A DNA stretch of 64,000 bases from Fimbriimonadaceae bacterium (GTDB lineage: Bacteria > Armatimonadota > Fimbriimonadia > Fimbriimonadales > Fimbriimonadaceae): assembly GCA_037190145.1 (NCBI GenBank), contig JBBCJU010000003.1:2170-66169 (forward strand), given 5' to 3'. The notes below the pieces were generated by a model, which saw only the letters and a list, made by a program, of their open reading frames with translations, was not told the DNA's origin and made no database searches. Below, one piece after another: positions 34,329-44,204 of the stretch (the stretch's first letter is position 1; each line of letters starts with the position of its first letter). The translations under genes were made by a program, and so were the position numbers.

Positions 34329-36623
34329 ATGAAACCAGTTATGTCCCTGCGCGCCCTCGCGGCGTTGTACATTGCGCTATGCGTGACCCCATTCGCGTGG
34401 GCGCCTCGCAACAACACTTTGGATCAGATCGCGCTACGACTAGCAAATGGCGAAAACCTAAAGATCGTCATTTATGGCACCAGCTTGTCCGCCAATGGTG
34501 CCTGGGTAAAGCAAATTCAAGAGAACCTTGCGGAACGATATCCAGGACGGGCTGAATGGATCAATACTTCGGGCAGCGGGAAAAACTCTGATTGGGGCAT
34601 CGAAAATGTTCAAGAGCGAGTAGTTCGCCACCAGCCAGACGTGGTGATTATTGAGTTTGCGATCAACGATTCGGTCGCACGCTTCAATATTTCGTTGAGC
34701 AAAGCTGAGTCCAATCTCCGCCGTATCGTGTCGAGCATTCGTAAAGGCGTCCCGAGTGTTCAAATCGTTCTTCAAACCACGAACCCTGTTCTAGATCGTC
34801 CACCAGGGCATGATGGGCATCGTCGAGAACTCGAACGATATTACAATGTGGTTCGAAAAGTCGCCAAAGAGCTTGACCTGCATCTTTCGGATCAAGCGGC
34901 TGCTTGGCAACATGTATTGAACCAAGGTCCCAATCGTTTTCGCAGACTGGTTCCTGATGGACTTCACCCAAATGCCGAAGGCAGTTCGGAAGTTAGTACC
35001 CCGACATTGCTAGACACATTGGGGGCAAAACACGCTGATGCTGTTTTCCAGCAGCATAGAACTCATGACATCCTTGTTTATGGGGGAACTTCAGGCGCTA
35101 TCACTGCCGCCATTCAAGCAAAGCGGATGGGTAAGCAAGTTCTGCTGGTAAGCCCCGATCCGTTTTTAGGCGGCCTCACTAGCAATGGCCTAGGATGGAC
35201 AGACCTCGGTGATGCACGCACCATCGGAGGGCTTTCGCGAGAGTTCTATCAGAGAATCTATGAGCATTATGGAAAGCCCGACTCTTGGGTTTGGCAAGCT
35301 CAAACTTCATTTCGTGGCCAAGGTCAAGGGGCACCGGCTCGAGATGATAAAACTCGGACGATGTGGACTTTTGAACCACATGTGGCCGAACGCACGTTCC
35401 GACAAATGATTGAAGAGGCGAAGGTCCCCGTCGTCTATGGTCGCTTGGACTTGGATGGAGGCGTTCTCAAGCGGGGCGATCGAATCGTAGGAATTCGCAC
35501 GACTGATCGAAACATCTACTCAGCCATCACTTTCATCGACGCGACGTATGAAGGCGATTTAATGGCTGGAGCAGGAGTTTCTTTCACCACAGGACGAGAA
35601 TCGAACTCCAAATACGGAGAAACGATGAATGGCAACCAAATGGGTAGGGCTACAAAAAACCAGATCCCCAAAGGTGTCAGCCCCTATCGAAAGAAGGATA
35701 ATCCTAAGAGTGGATTATTGCCGGGAATAGAACCAGCGACCACCGACTTGGACGGATTAGGGGATGAACGCATTCAGGCTTACTGCTACCGAATGTGTTT
35801 GACCAATCTCCCCGAAAACCGGGTTCGCATTACAAAGCCAAAGGGTTATAGAGCTAGTGACTATGAACTGGTTTTCCGTTCCTTGGAAGCTGGTCAAACC
35901 GCTGACTTCTTTAAGCTCGATACGATTCCAAACCGCAAGACAGATTCTAACAACACGGGCGGAGTTTCAACGGATTTCATAGGTCGAAACTACCGCTATC
36001 CAAACGCTCCGTACGATGAACGGGAACGCATCGCAAATGCTCACCGTGATTGGCAACTAGGGTTGATCTGGACCCTACAAAACCATCCTCGAGTTCCTGA
36101 AAACATCCGCAAGAGATACGCAGATTGGGGTTTGCCCCGCGATGAGTTTCCAGAAAACGGCCACTGGCCGCGCCAAATATACGTCCGCGAAGCCCGCAGG
36201 ATGTTAGCCGATGTTGTGATCGACGAAAACTCACTAGTCAAAAAACTAGGCTCTCCTTTTTCGGCTGGTATGGGTTCCTACAAGATGGACTCGCACAATG
36301 TACGCCGCATTGTAGGTCCAGATGGCTTTGTGATGAACGAGGGTGATGTTCAGGAATCAACCAAAGGGCCATACGCCATTGACTATCGAGCAATGTTGCC
36401 CAAGTCGTCTGAATGCAGCAACCTGATTGTGCCAATATGCCTCTCCGCAAGTCACATCGCTTACGGTTCTATCCGCATGGAACCCGTGTTTATGATTTTG
36501 GGCCAAACCGCCGCAACTCTTGCCTCGATGTCGGTTGATGAGTACAAGTCTGTTCAAACAATCGATTATCAACGACTTGCCAATCGACTGAAAGCCGACC
36601 AGCAAGTGCTGAACTTACCCTAG
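34329..36623 (+). CDS. Secreted fusion protein: N-terminal SGNH/GDSL hydrolase plus C-terminal FAD-dependent oxidoreductase-like domain
   Basis: SGNH blocks: IVIYGTSLS (block I), IIEFAINDS (block III), DGLHPN (block V). These are followed by the dinucleotide-binding motif ILVYGGTSGAITAAIQA...GGLTSNGLG. Signal peptide LAALYIALCVTPFAWA. Confidence 0.7.
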   Translation: MKPVMSLRALAALYIALCVTPFAWAPRNNTLDQIALRLANGENLKIVIYGTSLSANGAWVKQIQENLAERYPGRAEWINTSGSGKNSDWGIENVQERVVRHQPDVVIIEFAINDSVARFNISLSKAESNLRRIVSSIRKGVPSVQIVLQTTNPVLDRPPGHDGHRRELERYYNVVRKVAKELDLHLSDQAAAWQHVLNQGPNRFRRLVPDGLHPNAEGSSEVSTPTLLDTLGAKHADAVFQQHRTHDILVYGGTSGAITAAIQAKRMGKQVLLVSPDPFLGGLTSNGLGWTDLGDARTIGGLSREFYQRIYEHYGKPDSWVWQAQTSFRGQGQGAPARDDKTRTMWTFEPHVAERTFRQMIEEAKVPVVYGRLDLDGGVLKRGDRIVGIRTTDRNIYSAITFIDATYEGDLMAGAGVSFTTGRESNSKYGETMNGNQMGRATKNQIPKGVSPYRKKDNPKSGLLPGIEPATTDLDGLGDERIQAYCYRMCLTNLPENRVRITKPKGYRASDYELVFRSLEAGQTADFFKLDTIPNRKTDSNNTGGVSTDFIGRNYRYPNAPYDERERIANAHRDWQLGLIWTLQNHPRVPENIRKRYADWGLPRDEFPENGHWPRQIYVREARRMLADVVIDENSLVKKLGSPFSAGMGSYKMDSHNVRRIVGPDGFVMNEGDVQESTKGPYAIDYRAMLPKSSECSNLIVPICLSASHIAYGSIRMEPVFMILGQTAATLASMSVDEYKSVQTIDYQRLANRLKADQQVLNLP

Positions 36624-36624
36624 G

Positions 36625-37275
36625 TCAAGCTTGGTTCTTACGGCGAATGAAGCCTAGAAGGCCAGCCCCAAGAACTGCCAAGGTTACAGGTTCTGGTACA
36701 GGCTCAGCATCAAACGTGATCTCACTGGCGAAAACCCAATCGCCACTTGCGATCAAATCTATAACGATGTTATCGCTAGTAAGGGCAAGATTTGAGAATG
36801 TTAAGCTCTTTGGCTCCGACCCCGCAAGTGTCTCATCAACATCATACGTGACACCGTTGATAATGACTGCGTCCGGCAAGCTGACTCCACCATTACCGTC
36901 GGAATCATCTACGTAAACGGTGATCTCGTTGAAGATAAAACTTGACTCAAAGTAGAAGGTGATTTGAGGATCACCGTTGAGTCCCGCTCGCCACCCGACA
37001 TAGGGGCCGGTACCTTCAATGTTCTCCACAACATTCCAGTTATCTGATGCAATGATCCCATCAGTCAGATCACCGAGACCACCAGATAGAAAGTCATTAT
37101 CCAAACTGGTGTTTCCGGAACCAGAATAGCTGAGGTCCCAATAATTAAAGCTTCCGCCACTAACTACACCATCACCATTTGACATATCGTAACTACTGGG
37201 CAAAATAGGAACGGCAATACTTGCACCGGCCATCACCATCAACCCAACAACGAACTTCCCTCTCCAACTCAACAT
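36625..37275 (-). CDS. Secreted PEP-CTERM sorting-domain protein
   Basis: Signal peptide at the N-terminus. C-terminus VPEPVTLAVLGAGLLGFIRRKNQA. The central region has a discoidin/jelly-roll-like GDLTDG motif. Confidence 0.8.
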   Translation of the reverse strand: MLSWRGKFVVGLMVMAGASIAVPILPSSYDMSNGDGVVSGGSFNYWDLSYSGSGNTSLDNDFLSGGLGDLTDGIIASDNWNVVENIEGTGPYVGWRAGLNGDPQITFYFESSFIFNEITVYVDDSDGNGGVSLPDAVIINGVTYDVDETLAGSEPKSLTFSNLALTSDNIVIDLIASGDWVFASEITFDAEPVPEPVTLAVLGAGLLGFIRRKNQA

Positions 37276-37396
37276 AACTCCACCTCGAAAACCGAATAAT
37301 TATCCAGTATTTTTACTGATAACGAGACGATCTCTTTGAATGTTCCACGTTAGTCTGGGAAAAGGCTGGAGGAACCTAAGCTCCTCCAACCGCAGC

Positions 37397-38875
37397 CTAT
37401 GCCGCTACTCGCAAGTGTGATCCAGGCTTATGATCATCAACTGTAAACTGACTGACCAAATCTCTGAGAGATTGACTCATATGGGCAAGCTCGCTAGCAG
37501 CAGCACCCACCTCTTCGATACTTGCATTTAGTTCCTCGGCGCCAGCGGAAGACTCTTCTCCAACGGCGGCAACTTCCATAATGACTTGACTGGCACGTTG
37601 CGCATTTTCCGCCATGTTGACCGCTGCACGTAGATTCTTGGCAGCACTTTCGGCGACATCTCCCATCCCTGCCTCCACAACGTTTGCAAGTTTGCTGGCC
37701 TTGTCTGCCTGGATTGCCACTTCATCAGCAGCAGAAACAATCTGAACAAGAGACTTACCCGCTTGCTCACTACTTGTAGCACCGTTCTCTACTTCATGCG
37801 TCGTACTCTGGATGGCGGTTACAGTCTCATCAACTGTAGATCGAACGCCCGCAATAAGAGATCCTATTTCTCGTGTTGCAGAACCAGCCTGCTCGGCAAG
37901 TTTACGCACTTCTTCGGCAACTACCGCAAAACCACGACCGTGCTCTCCGGCCCGTGCAGCCTCTATTGCGGCATTGAGGGCAAGCAAGTTGGTTTGCTCG
38001 GCGATGGCTTCGATTGCTTTAACGATGTCGCCAATCTTTTGCCCAGCAAGATCCAGCTCTTGAACTATCTCAGAAGACAACGTAACGCGGGCTTTTACTC
38101 TAGCCATTGCTTGGATGGTTTCATTCACAGCGGTATTGCCTTCTTTCGCGAGTTCAGACATTTGTTGAGCAGCACGGCTAACCCGATCTATCTCTGTAGA
38201 AGCTCCCTTAAGCGCATCCGACGCCTTTGACACAATCATCTGTTGTGCTTCACTGCTCTCAGATACTTCAGCAACCTGACTATTCAGCCGGCTCATCTCC
38301 TCAGAAGCTTTAGAAGAGTTTTCGGCCAGTTTTTGACTTCCTGCGGCAATTTCATTTGCCGCTGCTCCACTTTCTTCACTCGAAGCCGCAAGCTGTTGGC
38401 TTGTACCGGCCACGCTGTCGGCGTTTTGTGATACCGATGTAATCATGTTTGACAAGCTTTCTCGCCCGCTGTTATACGCACTTACTGATGCCTGAACCTT
38501 CCCAAGCAGAAGGTTGAATGTCGTGCAAAGCTGCCCAACTTCGTCGCTGCCAGTTACTGGAACCGGTGTTGTTGCAGGTTGAACTTCATACGTAAGATCA
38601 CCTCTTGCCAAGGATTGAAGCCCAGTCGTGAGATGGTAAACACAGATGGACTCCATAGACACCAATCGGCTCTGAAGTTCTGAGAGTGGCCCAACAAGCG
38701 CTTTGCGCATCAAAACGAAGGACACAACACTGGAGCACATGGAAGCACCCGCCAACGCATATATCCAATTGTGCGCAGTTCCATTCGCGGGAACAAACAC
38801 CATGGCGAGTGATAAAATGGCACCTGTTCCAAATGCAGCAGCTAGCTTAGCTTGTATACCAAAACCTTTAGACAT
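37397..38875 (-). CDS. Methyl-accepting chemotaxis protein
   Basis: [37 protein letters not shown] is the invariant MCP signalling hairpin. N-terminal TM segments and a HAMP-like linker are present. Confidence 0.9.
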   Translation of the reverse strand: MSKGFGIQAKLAAAFGTGAILSLAMVFVPANGTAHNWIYALAGASMCSSVVSFVLMRKALVGPLSELQSRLVSMESICVYHLTTGLQSLARGDLTYEVQPATTPVPVTGSDEVGQLCTTFNLLLGKVQASVSAYNSGRESLSNMITSVSQNADSVAGTSQQLAASSEESGAAANEIAAGSQKLAENSSKASEEMSRLNSQVAEVSESSEAQQMIVSKASDALKGASTEIDRVSRAAQQMSELAKEGNTAVNETIQAMARVKARVTLSSEIVQELDLAGQKIGDIVKAIEAIAEQTNLLALNAAIEAARAGEHGRGFAVVAEEVRKLAEQAGSATREIGSLIAGVRSTVDETVTAIQSTTHEVENGATSSEQAGKSLVQIVSAADEVAIQADKASKLANVVEAGMGDVAESAAKNLRAAVNMAENAQRASQVIMEVAAVGEESSAGAEELNASIEEVGAAASELAHMSQSLRDLVSQFTVDDHKPGSHLRVAA

Positions 38876-39355
38876 TTAATAAACCCCTTGACCTTTTGGT
38901 CACGCACGTTTATCAACAGTCCCAATTGCATGAACAATTAAACTGCCTATTCGGCAAAAACACCGGGTTAATCCCGATGGATAAGTATAGGCACGGAAAG
39001 CTGATTTCGTTAGGTGAGGTCAATAGTGGCTCATGAAATTCATACAAGGCCTAGTTGTTGTTGGAAGGCACAATCCTACGCGCCTTGTCAATAAACAACA
39101 ATGTTAAAAGTTTATCGTCAAATAGTTATCCAACATTGAAATGTATCGATTTTCTAAGATCCCATACATCCTGCATTGCCGTTATAATAATCATTTCACA
39201 ACAGTTGGTATTTTAGTTTTGATTTAGAGTAATGTGGTGGTTCTTATAAACCCGTGCTTTGGTTACTTTCACCAAATGGTCTGCATCCGGCAATTTAGCG
39301 TAATGGGAAATGAGTACAGCATTTCCCCTGATGAGATTGCTATGATATCAGTTAA

Positions 39356-40291
39356 GTGCCGAAGTCCCCGTTTGAGCTTCTCACCGAACGTGAGTTAGAG
39401 ATACTAAAACTTGCAGCTTCGGGTCATATGGATAAGCAGATTGCCGTTAACTTGAACATACGGCCAGGCACACTTATTACTTATTGGTCTCGCATTCGGC
39501 GTAAAATTGGCGCTTCTTCTAGAAGTGAGATTTCTGTCAAATTCATTCAGTGGAAATACGAGACTGTTTCATCTCCAGCTGATCGTTCCGACGCTACAGA
39601 AAATGCTTTCGACCATGCACCTCACAGCATTCTCAGAGTTTGCAGAAATGGGCTCATTCGATACGCAAACAAGTCATTTTTGAACCTAGTTGGCTACACA
39701 GTAGATGAAGTAGTAGGACAACCCGTAACGTTATTTCTCAAGAGCCCCAACCGAGCAATCCAAGAGCTTATTGAGTCCGTATTCCGTAATCGTGGTCGTA
39801 CTCAGACAACAATGCAGACCACTGATGGTGATAATGGAATAACGCTAAATGTCATTGCATTTCCTGAAACAGATGCAAAAGGCCATGTTACAGCAATGTG
39901 TCTAGCTTTAAATCAGGTTTCTGAGTCAGATCCACCACAACGCACATGGGATCAAATCATTGATACTGTTTACAATGCAAGCGATATACTGATAGTCTTT
40001 TCTCTCATCGGAAAAGTTATCTACATTAATAAGCTTGTCGAATCACTCTTTGCGTCTGAAGTTCCTACTTTGATGGAAATGAATCTTAGTGATTTCTTTG
40101 ATGCTTCTTCACTAGCATGCTTAACTGAAGAAGCAATTCCTAAGGCAATGTCTATCGGGTCATGGTCTGGCCAGTTACATCTTAAGGAAAAGCTTAATTC
40201 TAAAGAAATTCCATTCACATTGATTTCTCTTCGAACGACACACCACCCCGCCAAGCTCTTTGGTGCGTTTGGGTGGATTCCACGTCCTTAA
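39356..40291 (+). CDS. LuxR/GerE-type HTH protein with C-terminal PAS-like domains
   Basis: LTERELEILKLAASGHMDKQIAVNLNIRPGTLITYWSRIRRKIG is a GerE HTH, unusually at the N-terminus. The following SILRVCRNGLIRYANKSFLNLVGYTVDEVVGQP is PAS-like. GTG start. Confidence 0.7.
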   Translation: MPKSPFELLTERELEILKLAASGHMDKQIAVNLNIRPGTLITYWSRIRRKIGASSRSEISVKFIQWKYETVSSPADRSDATENAFDHAPHSILRVCRNGLIRYANKSFLNLVGYTVDEVVGQPVTLFLKSPNRAIQELIESVFRNRGRTQTTMQTTDGDNGITLNVIAFPETDAKGHVTAMCLALNQVSESDPPQRTWDQIIDTVYNASDILIVFSLIGKVIYINKLVESLFASEVPTLMEMNLSDFFDASSLACLTEEAIPKAMSIGSWSGQLHLKEKLNSKEIPFTLISLRTTHHPAKLFGAFGWIPRP

Positions 40292-40499
40292 TATACAGGT
40301 CATTGCTGTTAGTCGACGTGTACTTAAAAGTAAGGACTATTCCTTGCCCGACTAAATACGAATAATTGCACTATTGATTACGCAATCTCTTGTCACGTGC
40401 AAGTCAAATTGATGTATTCCAGTGCCGATGGTTTGTAGCCACCTCACTAATAGGAGATGGCTGCGTTAAATCGCGGCTAAATCAACTCAGCCCAATATT

Positions 40500-40535
40500 G
40501 GGTCACACGCCATGAATAATGTGTGGCCCTTTTTT
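40500..40535 (+). terminator. Rho-independent terminator with no adjacent upstream CDS
   Basis: 9-bp stem GGGTCACAC/GTGTGGCCC (one G-U pair), a 12-nt loop, then T6 (40530-40535). It lies 209 nt after the LuxR-PAS stop. Confidence 0.65.
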
Positions 40536-40574
40536 CGTTCTAGTCCACTGCCCTATGCCTAACCTGTCCAAAGG

Positions 40575-40580
40575 TATAAT
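40575..40580 (+). promoter_or_regulatory. Candidate -10 box for tRNA-Gln
   Basis: Perfect TATAAT 18 nt upstream of the mature tRNA 5' end. No convincing -35 seen. Confidence 0.3.
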
Positions 40581-40598
40581 GTTGAGTCTACGACGCGC

Positions 40599-40672
40599 TG
40601 CCCGCTCGTCTAATGGCAGGACAACAGTCTCTGAATCTGTTTATCGTGGTTCGAATCCATGGCGGGCAGCCA
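40599..40672 (+). tRNA. tRNA-Gln (anticodon CUG), CCA encoded
   Basis: Folds as TGCCCGC-TC-GTCT-AATGGCA-GGAC-A-ACAGT-CTCTGAA-TCTGT-TTAT-CGTGG-TTCGAAT-CCATG-GCGGGCA-G-CCA. The U1-A72 pair and G73 are typical bacterial tRNA-Gln identity features. Confidence 0.9.
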
Positions 40673-40738
40673 AACTCATTGAACCAGAACCCCTCTAGGG
40701 TCATCGTGTGTATTCTCACTTGTCTGAGTAAAAACAGA

Positions 40739-40792
40739 GCGGGCGGGCAATCCTAGCCGACGACCGGATATTCGCCGGGGACTGCCCGCCCG
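40739..40792 (-). terminator. Candidate terminator of the STAS-like gene
   Basis: 10-11 bp GC-rich arms GCGGGCGGGCA / TGCCCGCCCG enclose a 33-nt structured loop. On the minus strand they are followed by CTCTGTTTTTA. Confidence 0.4.
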
Positions 40793-40822
40793 TCTTCCTT
40801 CAAAGACGAACTCCTTTGTCCG

Positions 40823-41212
40823 TTAAGCTGCTCGAAGCATTGCCGTTTGTTGCCAGAAAGGCGCTTGCATGGATGGAATTTCCAGGCAGAACTGTTCTCT
40901 ACCTTCGAGAACTTGCTGCAAACGGGCTGTCGTATGACGTGCGATGTCCTCATCATCACTGGCCATCGTCACAATCTTCTCTGCACCAAATTCGAAAGCC
41001 TTATCCTTGAGGTTATCTAAGATACTTGTGGCCTCACTGTCAAGATTCTTTGCTCTCGAATGGTCAATCAATAGGTAAAAGGGGTTCGACTCAAGTGACT
41101 CAAGAACCTCTTCTAAATCTTCCGCGAATGCTCGCATCTCAAGCTTGTCTATTCTTCCTCCAAGACTTGCTTCTACAATCGCACGCTCTTCCTGAACCGT
41201 TACTAGATACAT
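40823..41212 (-). CDS. Hypothetical protein, STAS-like (anti-sigma antagonist fold?)
   Basis: 129 aa. The pattern ASLGGRIDKLEMRAFAEDLEEVL...YLLIDHSRAKNLDSEATSIL resembles a STAS domain. The assignment is weak. Confidence 0.35.
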   Translation of the reverse strand: MYLVTVQEERAIVEASLGGRIDKLEMRAFAEDLEEVLESLESNPFYLLIDHSRAKNLDSEATSILDNLKDKAFEFGAEKIVTMASDDEDIARHTTARLQQVLEGREQFCLEIPSMQAPFWQQTAMLRAA

Positions 41213-41493
41213 TCCTTATTTCGCTAGGGATAGATTCCCTACCTCCACCACCGTCTTTCCCTAACAAAGTTCTAGAAGACCTGGTAAATGCAACAAGCCC
41301 ACCATAAACCAGCACGCATGACAGCTAGTGGGTGTACCGGTAGAAGAATTACCAGCCAAATCTATTACCAGGAAGGCATATTGAATCCAAGAGTATCTAC
41401 CAAGCCAACAATTCGGTTGGCTCAAGTTAGTCTTTGTACAAAAACACCTTCACTCCAGCACCTATTGTCACAAGGACTCGCTAAACTACTTTC

Positions 41494-43131
41494 ATGATCT
41501 CGCTCATTGCGGTTGCGCTTACGACTCAAATTCACCCTCAAAGCTACAAAAATGGAGCGGTGGTGAGCGATAGCGACATCGCCAGCCGAGTGGGAGCGGC
41601 TGTTCTACGTAAGGGCGGAAATGCAGTCGATGCCGCAGTGGCGACTGGACTTGCCCTGGCCGTAACTTTTCCTGCAGCTGGAAACTTGGGAGGAGGTGGC
41701 TTTATGCTCGTGCGCATGGCAGATGGGAGGACCGTAGCGATTGACTATCGTGAGGTCGCACCAAAACTTGCGACACGCGATATGTATAAAAATCCATCTG
41801 ACTCCCTAACTGGGTATCTCGCTTCTGGAGTGCCGGGGACACCCCTTGGAATGTGGGAGGCGCATCGCAAGTTGGGGAAATTGAGGTGGAAAGATGTGGT
41901 GGAACCCGCGGTAAAGCTTGCACGCGATGGGTTCGCAATGCCTGCCGGACTGGCCAGAGACTTACAAAGTGAAGCCCCAAAGTTCCGTAAGTTCCCTGCT
42001 TCTTGGGCTCAATTCTGCCGAGACGGAAAGTTTTATCAGACCGGAGAAATATTCAGACAACCTGATTTAGCCAGAACGCTTACCCTCCTACGTGATCAAG
42101 GTCCAAAAGGGTTTTATGAGGGAGAAACTGCGCAGAAGTTTGACCATGCAATGCGGCAAAATGGCGGGCTGATAAGCGCTGAAGACCTTAGCAGCTACCG
42201 AACGGTAAACCGAGAACCTCTCATGGGTGATTTCCGAGGATATCAAGTTCTCACCATGCCCCCACCGAGTTCGGGAGGCATTGCCCTGCTTCAGATGCTG
42301 GGGATGCTGAAAAACGATAACCTCAATCAAACCGGCTATGGATCTAGTACGACCCTCCATTTGATGGTTGAAGCGATGAAGAGAGCCTTTGCGGATCGCT
42401 CTCTGCATCTAGGAGACCCTGCCTTTGTAAAGATTCCTGTGAGTCAGTTGCTTGACCCTAAGTACATCAACGAGTTGCGTCATTCCATTTCCGACCAAGC
42501 AACGCCCTCGGCAAGCATCAAAGGACTAGATCCCGGAGTAAGCGGAATGCATACAACTCACTACTCGGTTGTAGATAAGGACGGCAATGCGGTTTCCAAT
42601 ACTTACACCCTCAATACTAGCTACGGCAGTAGCGTGGTCATTCCTGGCACTGGCGTACTGATGAACAACGAAATGGATGACTTCACCACCCAGCCAGGAA
42701 AACCCAATGTCTTTGGTTTAATACAAAGCGAAAAAAACATAGTGGAACCCGGCAAGCGTCCACTAAGCTCTATGACGCCGACGATTTTGGTAAAGGACGG
42801 AAAGGTTGCTTTTGTGATTGGCAGTCCGGGCGGTCCCACTATTATCAACACTGTTTTCCAGACTGTCCTCAATACTGTCGAGTTTAGGATGAATATTCAA
42901 ATGGCCGTAGCCGCCCCGCGATTCCATCATCAATGGATGCCGGATGAGATCCGTTGGGAGCCCTATGGACTATCTGCCGATGTTAGGAAAGGACTTGAGG
43001 CAAGAGGCCACAAACTCGCCGTATCTGGAATGCGGATGGGCAGTTGTCACAGTATTCAGGTTGATGCGCAGGGAAACAAGCTCACCGGCATAGACCCACG
43101 CATTTCTACATCTGGCGCAGCCGGTTGGTAG
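41494..43131 (+). CDS. ggt: Gamma-glutamyltranspeptidase
   Basis: TTHYSVVDKDGNAVS (autocatalytic Thr), GSPGGPTII and PRFHHQW blocks. 545 aa. Confidence 0.95.
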   Translation: MISLIAVALTTQIHPQSYKNGAVVSDSDIASRVGAAVLRKGGNAVDAAVATGLALAVTFPAAGNLGGGGFMLVRMADGRTVAIDYREVAPKLATRDMYKNPSDSLTGYLASGVPGTPLGMWEAHRKLGKLRWKDVVEPAVKLARDGFAMPAGLARDLQSEAPKFRKFPASWAQFCRDGKFYQTGEIFRQPDLARTLTLLRDQGPKGFYEGETAQKFDHAMRQNGGLISAEDLSSYRTVNREPLMGDFRGYQVLTMPPPSSGGIALLQMLGMLKNDNLNQTGYGSSTTLHLMVEAMKRAFADRSLHLGDPAFVKIPVSQLLDPKYINELRHSISDQATPSASIKGLDPGVSGMHTTHYSVVDKDGNAVSNTYTLNTSYGSSVVIPGTGVLMNNEMDDFTTQPGKPNVFGLIQSEKNIVEPGKRPLSSMTPTILVKDGKVAFVIGSPGGPTIINTVFQTVLNTVEFRMNIQMAVAAPRFHHQWMPDEIRWEPYGLSADVRKGLEARGHKLAVSGMRMGSCHSIQVDAQGNKLTGIDPRISTSGAAGW

Positions 43132-43251
43132 AAACAAAAACCAACGTTTATAAACAATTAGCGATTTTTTACCGAGGGAACACGAGAATCTTGTAGTCTA
43201 ATCACTAGAGGATTGTATTTTTCATCCAACTTCCAAGGATTAAGCACCGAT

Positions 43252-43599
43252 ATGATAAACAATCGTTTCCTTCTTCTTTTCACCTTTGTGGCCCTCGTTT
43301 CCGTTCCAGTATTTGCCCGACAAGGTTCAACTCAATCCCCAAAAGACAATGTACTTGTAACCCCTGGGTTTGAGAAGAAGACCTGGGCAGAGATTGTTCA
43401 TCGAAACTATACATACTCAAATGCAGACTTAAACAAGGCTAACAATGAAGTACGCGATAGCACCATGGAGCGGATGCAGGGGATGGGGTTCCGTATTAAG
43501 CAAATGACGTCTGTGTCGCTTTCGATCGGGGCGGAGCCACCTCAAAGCGTGATAGAGACACGTTACTTCCTAGAACGAGAACCAGGTGCCATCCGATGA
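43252..43599 (+). CDS. Hypothetical secreted protein
   Basis: ATG 43252 gives the signal peptide MINNRFLLLFTFVALVSVPVFA. No family recognised. Confidence 0.4.
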   Translation: MINNRFLLLFTFVALVSVPVFARQGSTQSPKDNVLVTPGFEKKTWAEIVHRNYTYSNADLNKANNEVRDSTMERMQGMGFRIKQMTSVSLSIGAEPPQSVIETRYFLEREPGAIR

Positions 43600-43686
43600 C
43601 TAAAAGCCTTTGATCCGAATCTCGTTTTGTGTGGTATCTAGGCTAAGACCTCAGCCAACCGGCTTTCTCTATACCAAGCCTAGATA

Positions 43687-43962
43687 CTATTCAGGATCAT
43701 CCATCCCACCAGAGGAGATAGTTGTTACCTCAACTCTAGCAGGAACAAAAACCAGACCGGTTGCAATAGTCAGTAGTCCAAGAGATACTAGAGATACTAT
43801 CAAGATGGGGCGAGGGACTTCACGGTGCTTTACGATTAGATAAACAATCGCAAAAATGCCAATCCCAATTGCGAGGACAGAGAAGAGTCCCATTGGGGTA
43901 GACAAGATGTTTTTGGAAGCCACTTCGCGTTGCACATCGCGATTATAAGTCATTACCCTCAA
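43687..43962 (-). CDS. Hypothetical small membrane protein
   Basis: 91 aa with two clear hydrophobic helices (GLFSVLAIGIGIFAIVYLIV and ILIVSLVSLGLLTIATGLVFV). Confidence 0.35.
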   Translation of the reverse strand: MRVMTYNRDVQREVASKNILSTPMGLFSVLAIGIGIFAIVYLIVKHREVPRPILIVSLVSLGLLTIATGLVFVPARVEVTTISSGGMDDPE

Positions 43963-44204
43963 AAAGGAAAATAATGCTCAGAAGAAGATAATGGCGAATG
44001 ATCGACAAGGCTATATCTATTCTCTAGTGCTGTGGAAATTATTGTGGCGCTTGAGATTACTCGGCAGGTTTACTGGATCAAACGGATTAAAGCGAGATGA
44101 TTCGACGACAATATTGAGCTTAGGCTCACGCTTGCCCCACGCCGCCAGACGAGAGTGCCTATAAAACCAATGATGGCTTCTACAGCCAAGATCTGTGACA
44201 AGAA

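Noticed and set aside
34220-34417. 65-aa minus-strand ORF that would give a purpose to the minus-strand U-tract of the 34114-34134 hairpin.
   Set aside because: It overlaps the signal-peptide-encoding start of the 764-aa plus-strand gene. It has no SD or recognisable features and is likely spurious.
40739-40792. Similarity of GCGGGCGGGCA / TGCCCGCCCG to the tRNA-Gln acceptor arms (TGCCCGC / GCGGGCA), considered as a duplicated att site marking an integrated element.
   Set aside because: Only about 8 nt are shared. No integrase or second repeat bounds an island, and the structure is better explained as the terminator of the convergent STAS-like gene.
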